Shown in pieces: positions 23,080 through 24,000 of a DNA stretch of 24,000 nucleotides (its first letter is position 1; every line of letters begins with the position of its first letter). The stretch is taken from NCBI GenBank assembly GCA_030699245.1, contig JAUYJX010000036.1:752-24751 (forward strand). The letters are read 5' to 3'. A program made the position numbers and the translations under genes. The notes beneath the pieces are model-generated. The model made no database searches and had not been told where the DNA came from. It saw nothing but the letters and a program-made list of their open reading frames with translations. This DNA comes from a bacterium (GTDB lineage Bacteria; Patescibacteriota; Saccharimonadia; CAILAD01; JAUYJX01).

Positions 23080-23994
23080 TTAAGCACCGATACGATCACG
23101 TTTGCGCTTGCTAGCCGCTTTTGTTGCTACATAATCAATAATTTCTCCAGCTATATTACTACCTGTCTGTTTTTCAATTCCCAAAAGACCTGGAGACGAA
23201 TTGACCTCTAGCACAAGCGGTCCGCGGTTTGATCTAACAAAATCAACACCAGCAACTTGCAAACCAAGAGTATGAGCTGCACGAATTGCAATATTTGTTT
23301 CCTTTTTAGTCAGCTCAACATTTTCTGCCTTGCCTCCGCGATGCAAGTTAGCTCTAAATTCACCTTCTTCACTTTTACGCATCATGGCCGCGATTACTTC
23401 ATTGCCGACAACAAAAGCTCTAATATCACTACCTTCGGCTTCATCAATATATTCTTGAATTAAAATACTTGTACCTAGACCATAAAAAGCTTCAATAACT
23501 GATTTGGCAGCCTTTTTTGTCTCTGCCAATACTACTCCCAAACCATGTGTGCCCTCTAGTAATTTTACAACCAGTGGAGCACCGCCTACTAAATCAATCA
23601 ATTCATCAGTAATGGCAGTCTTGCTAGCAGATCGTGCAAAAATAGTTTTCGGTATGCCAATTCCAGCCCTGGCTAATAATTGTAAACTACGTAATTTATC
23701 ACGTGAACGCACTAATCCCAAAGAAGAAACCGAGCTGTAAATTTGTTTCATCTCAAATTGCCTGACGATTGCTGCACCATATGAGGTAACTGATTGACCA
23801 ATGCGTGGTATTATCGCATCAATATCGGTAATTTTTTGACCATTATAGTGAATACCAGGATTATTTTTTTCAATATCTACATAGCACTTAGTATGATCAA
23901 TAACCACCGTTTCGTGACCAGCTTTTTTTGCTGCCTTAAGTAGTCGCTGGGTACTGTAATTATTTGTTTCCCTAGATAAAATAGCGATTTTCAT
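23080..23994 (-). CDS. rimK: RimK family alpha-L-glutamate ligase (ATP-grasp)
   Basis: 304 aa. Contains MKIAILSR...YSTQRLLKAAKKAGHE...SRDKLRSLQLLARAGIGIPKT...VVKLLEGTHGLGVVL...EVNSSPGL, closely matching the RimK pattern. Confidence 0.9.
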   Translation of the reverse strand: MKIAILSRETNNYSTQRLLKAAKKAGHETVVIDHTKCYVDIEKNNPGIHYNGQKITDIDAIIPRIGQSVTSYGAAIVRQFEMKQIYSSVSSLGLVRSRDKLRSLQLLARAGIGIPKTIFARSASKTAITDELIDLVGGAPLVVKLLEGTHGLGVVLAETKKAAKSVIEAFYGLGTSILIQEYIDEAEGSDIRAFVVGNEVIAAMMRKSEEGEFRANLHRGGKAENVELTKKETNIAIRAAHTLGLQVAGVDFVRSNRGPLVLEVNSSPGLLGIEKQTGSNIAGEIIDYVATKAASKRKRDRIGA

Positions 23995-24000
23995 AGTAGT

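Noticed and set aside
22525-23211. 228-aa plus-strand ORF and 74-aa minus-strand ORF (22763..22987)
   Set aside because: They run across tRNA-Lys(TTT) and the hairpin repeats, and antisense into comEC and rimK. Their translations are repeat-derived low-complexity peptides.
1-24000. Alternative genetic code (UGA recoding, as in some CPR lineages)
   Set aside because: Conserved genes terminate at the expected length on TGA/TAA/TAG (for example, the M16 peptidase and comEC end on TGA), and no in-frame TGA interrupts recognisable domains.
1-24000. CRISPR arrays, rRNA genes, transposases, integrases, toxin-antitoxin or known defence operons
   Set aside because: No regularly spaced repeats and no recognisable catalytic motifs for these classes were found in any frame. 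The only att-like repeats are the short tRNA 3'-end copies reported above.

Overview
AT-rich bacterial window (roughly mid-30s % G+C by eye) with standard stop-codon usage. It holds small, tightly packed and partly truncated housekeeping genes. By inference only, the gene content (type IV pilin-like gene, ComEC, lamin-tail-domain surface protein, short TsaB, many orphan HExxH proteins) fits a reduced Patescibacteria/CPR-like genome. Recognisable genes are an M16 peptidase, a GNAT, several HExxH proteins, a transglutaminase-like ORF, a TauE/SafE permease, prs plus a dienelactone-hydrolase-like gene, hup, rny-ymdB, tsaE-tsaB, yebC-ruvC-ruvA-ruvB, comEC and rimK. There are eight tRNA genes, all encoding CCA: Arg-TCG, Lys-CTT, Pro-TGG, Pro-CGG, Gly-TCC, Arg-TCT, His-GTG, Lys-TTT. 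Two signals stand out. (1) A family of GC-rich, hairpin-dense elements lies between a tRNA gene and the next same-strand CDS at three loci (Pro-CGG to tauE-like, His to prs, Lys-TTT to comEC). The elements share colinear motifs, and two of them end with a direct-repeat copy of the 3' end of their own tRNA. (2) A sharp-edged GC-rich single-gene cassette (8017..8832) has a consensus promoter, a strong SD and a strong terminator. It encodes an unrecognised 271-aa protein with a cold-shock-like C-terminus. No CRISPR array, rRNA, transposase or integrase gene was seen. All calls come from reading the sequence; no searches were run.
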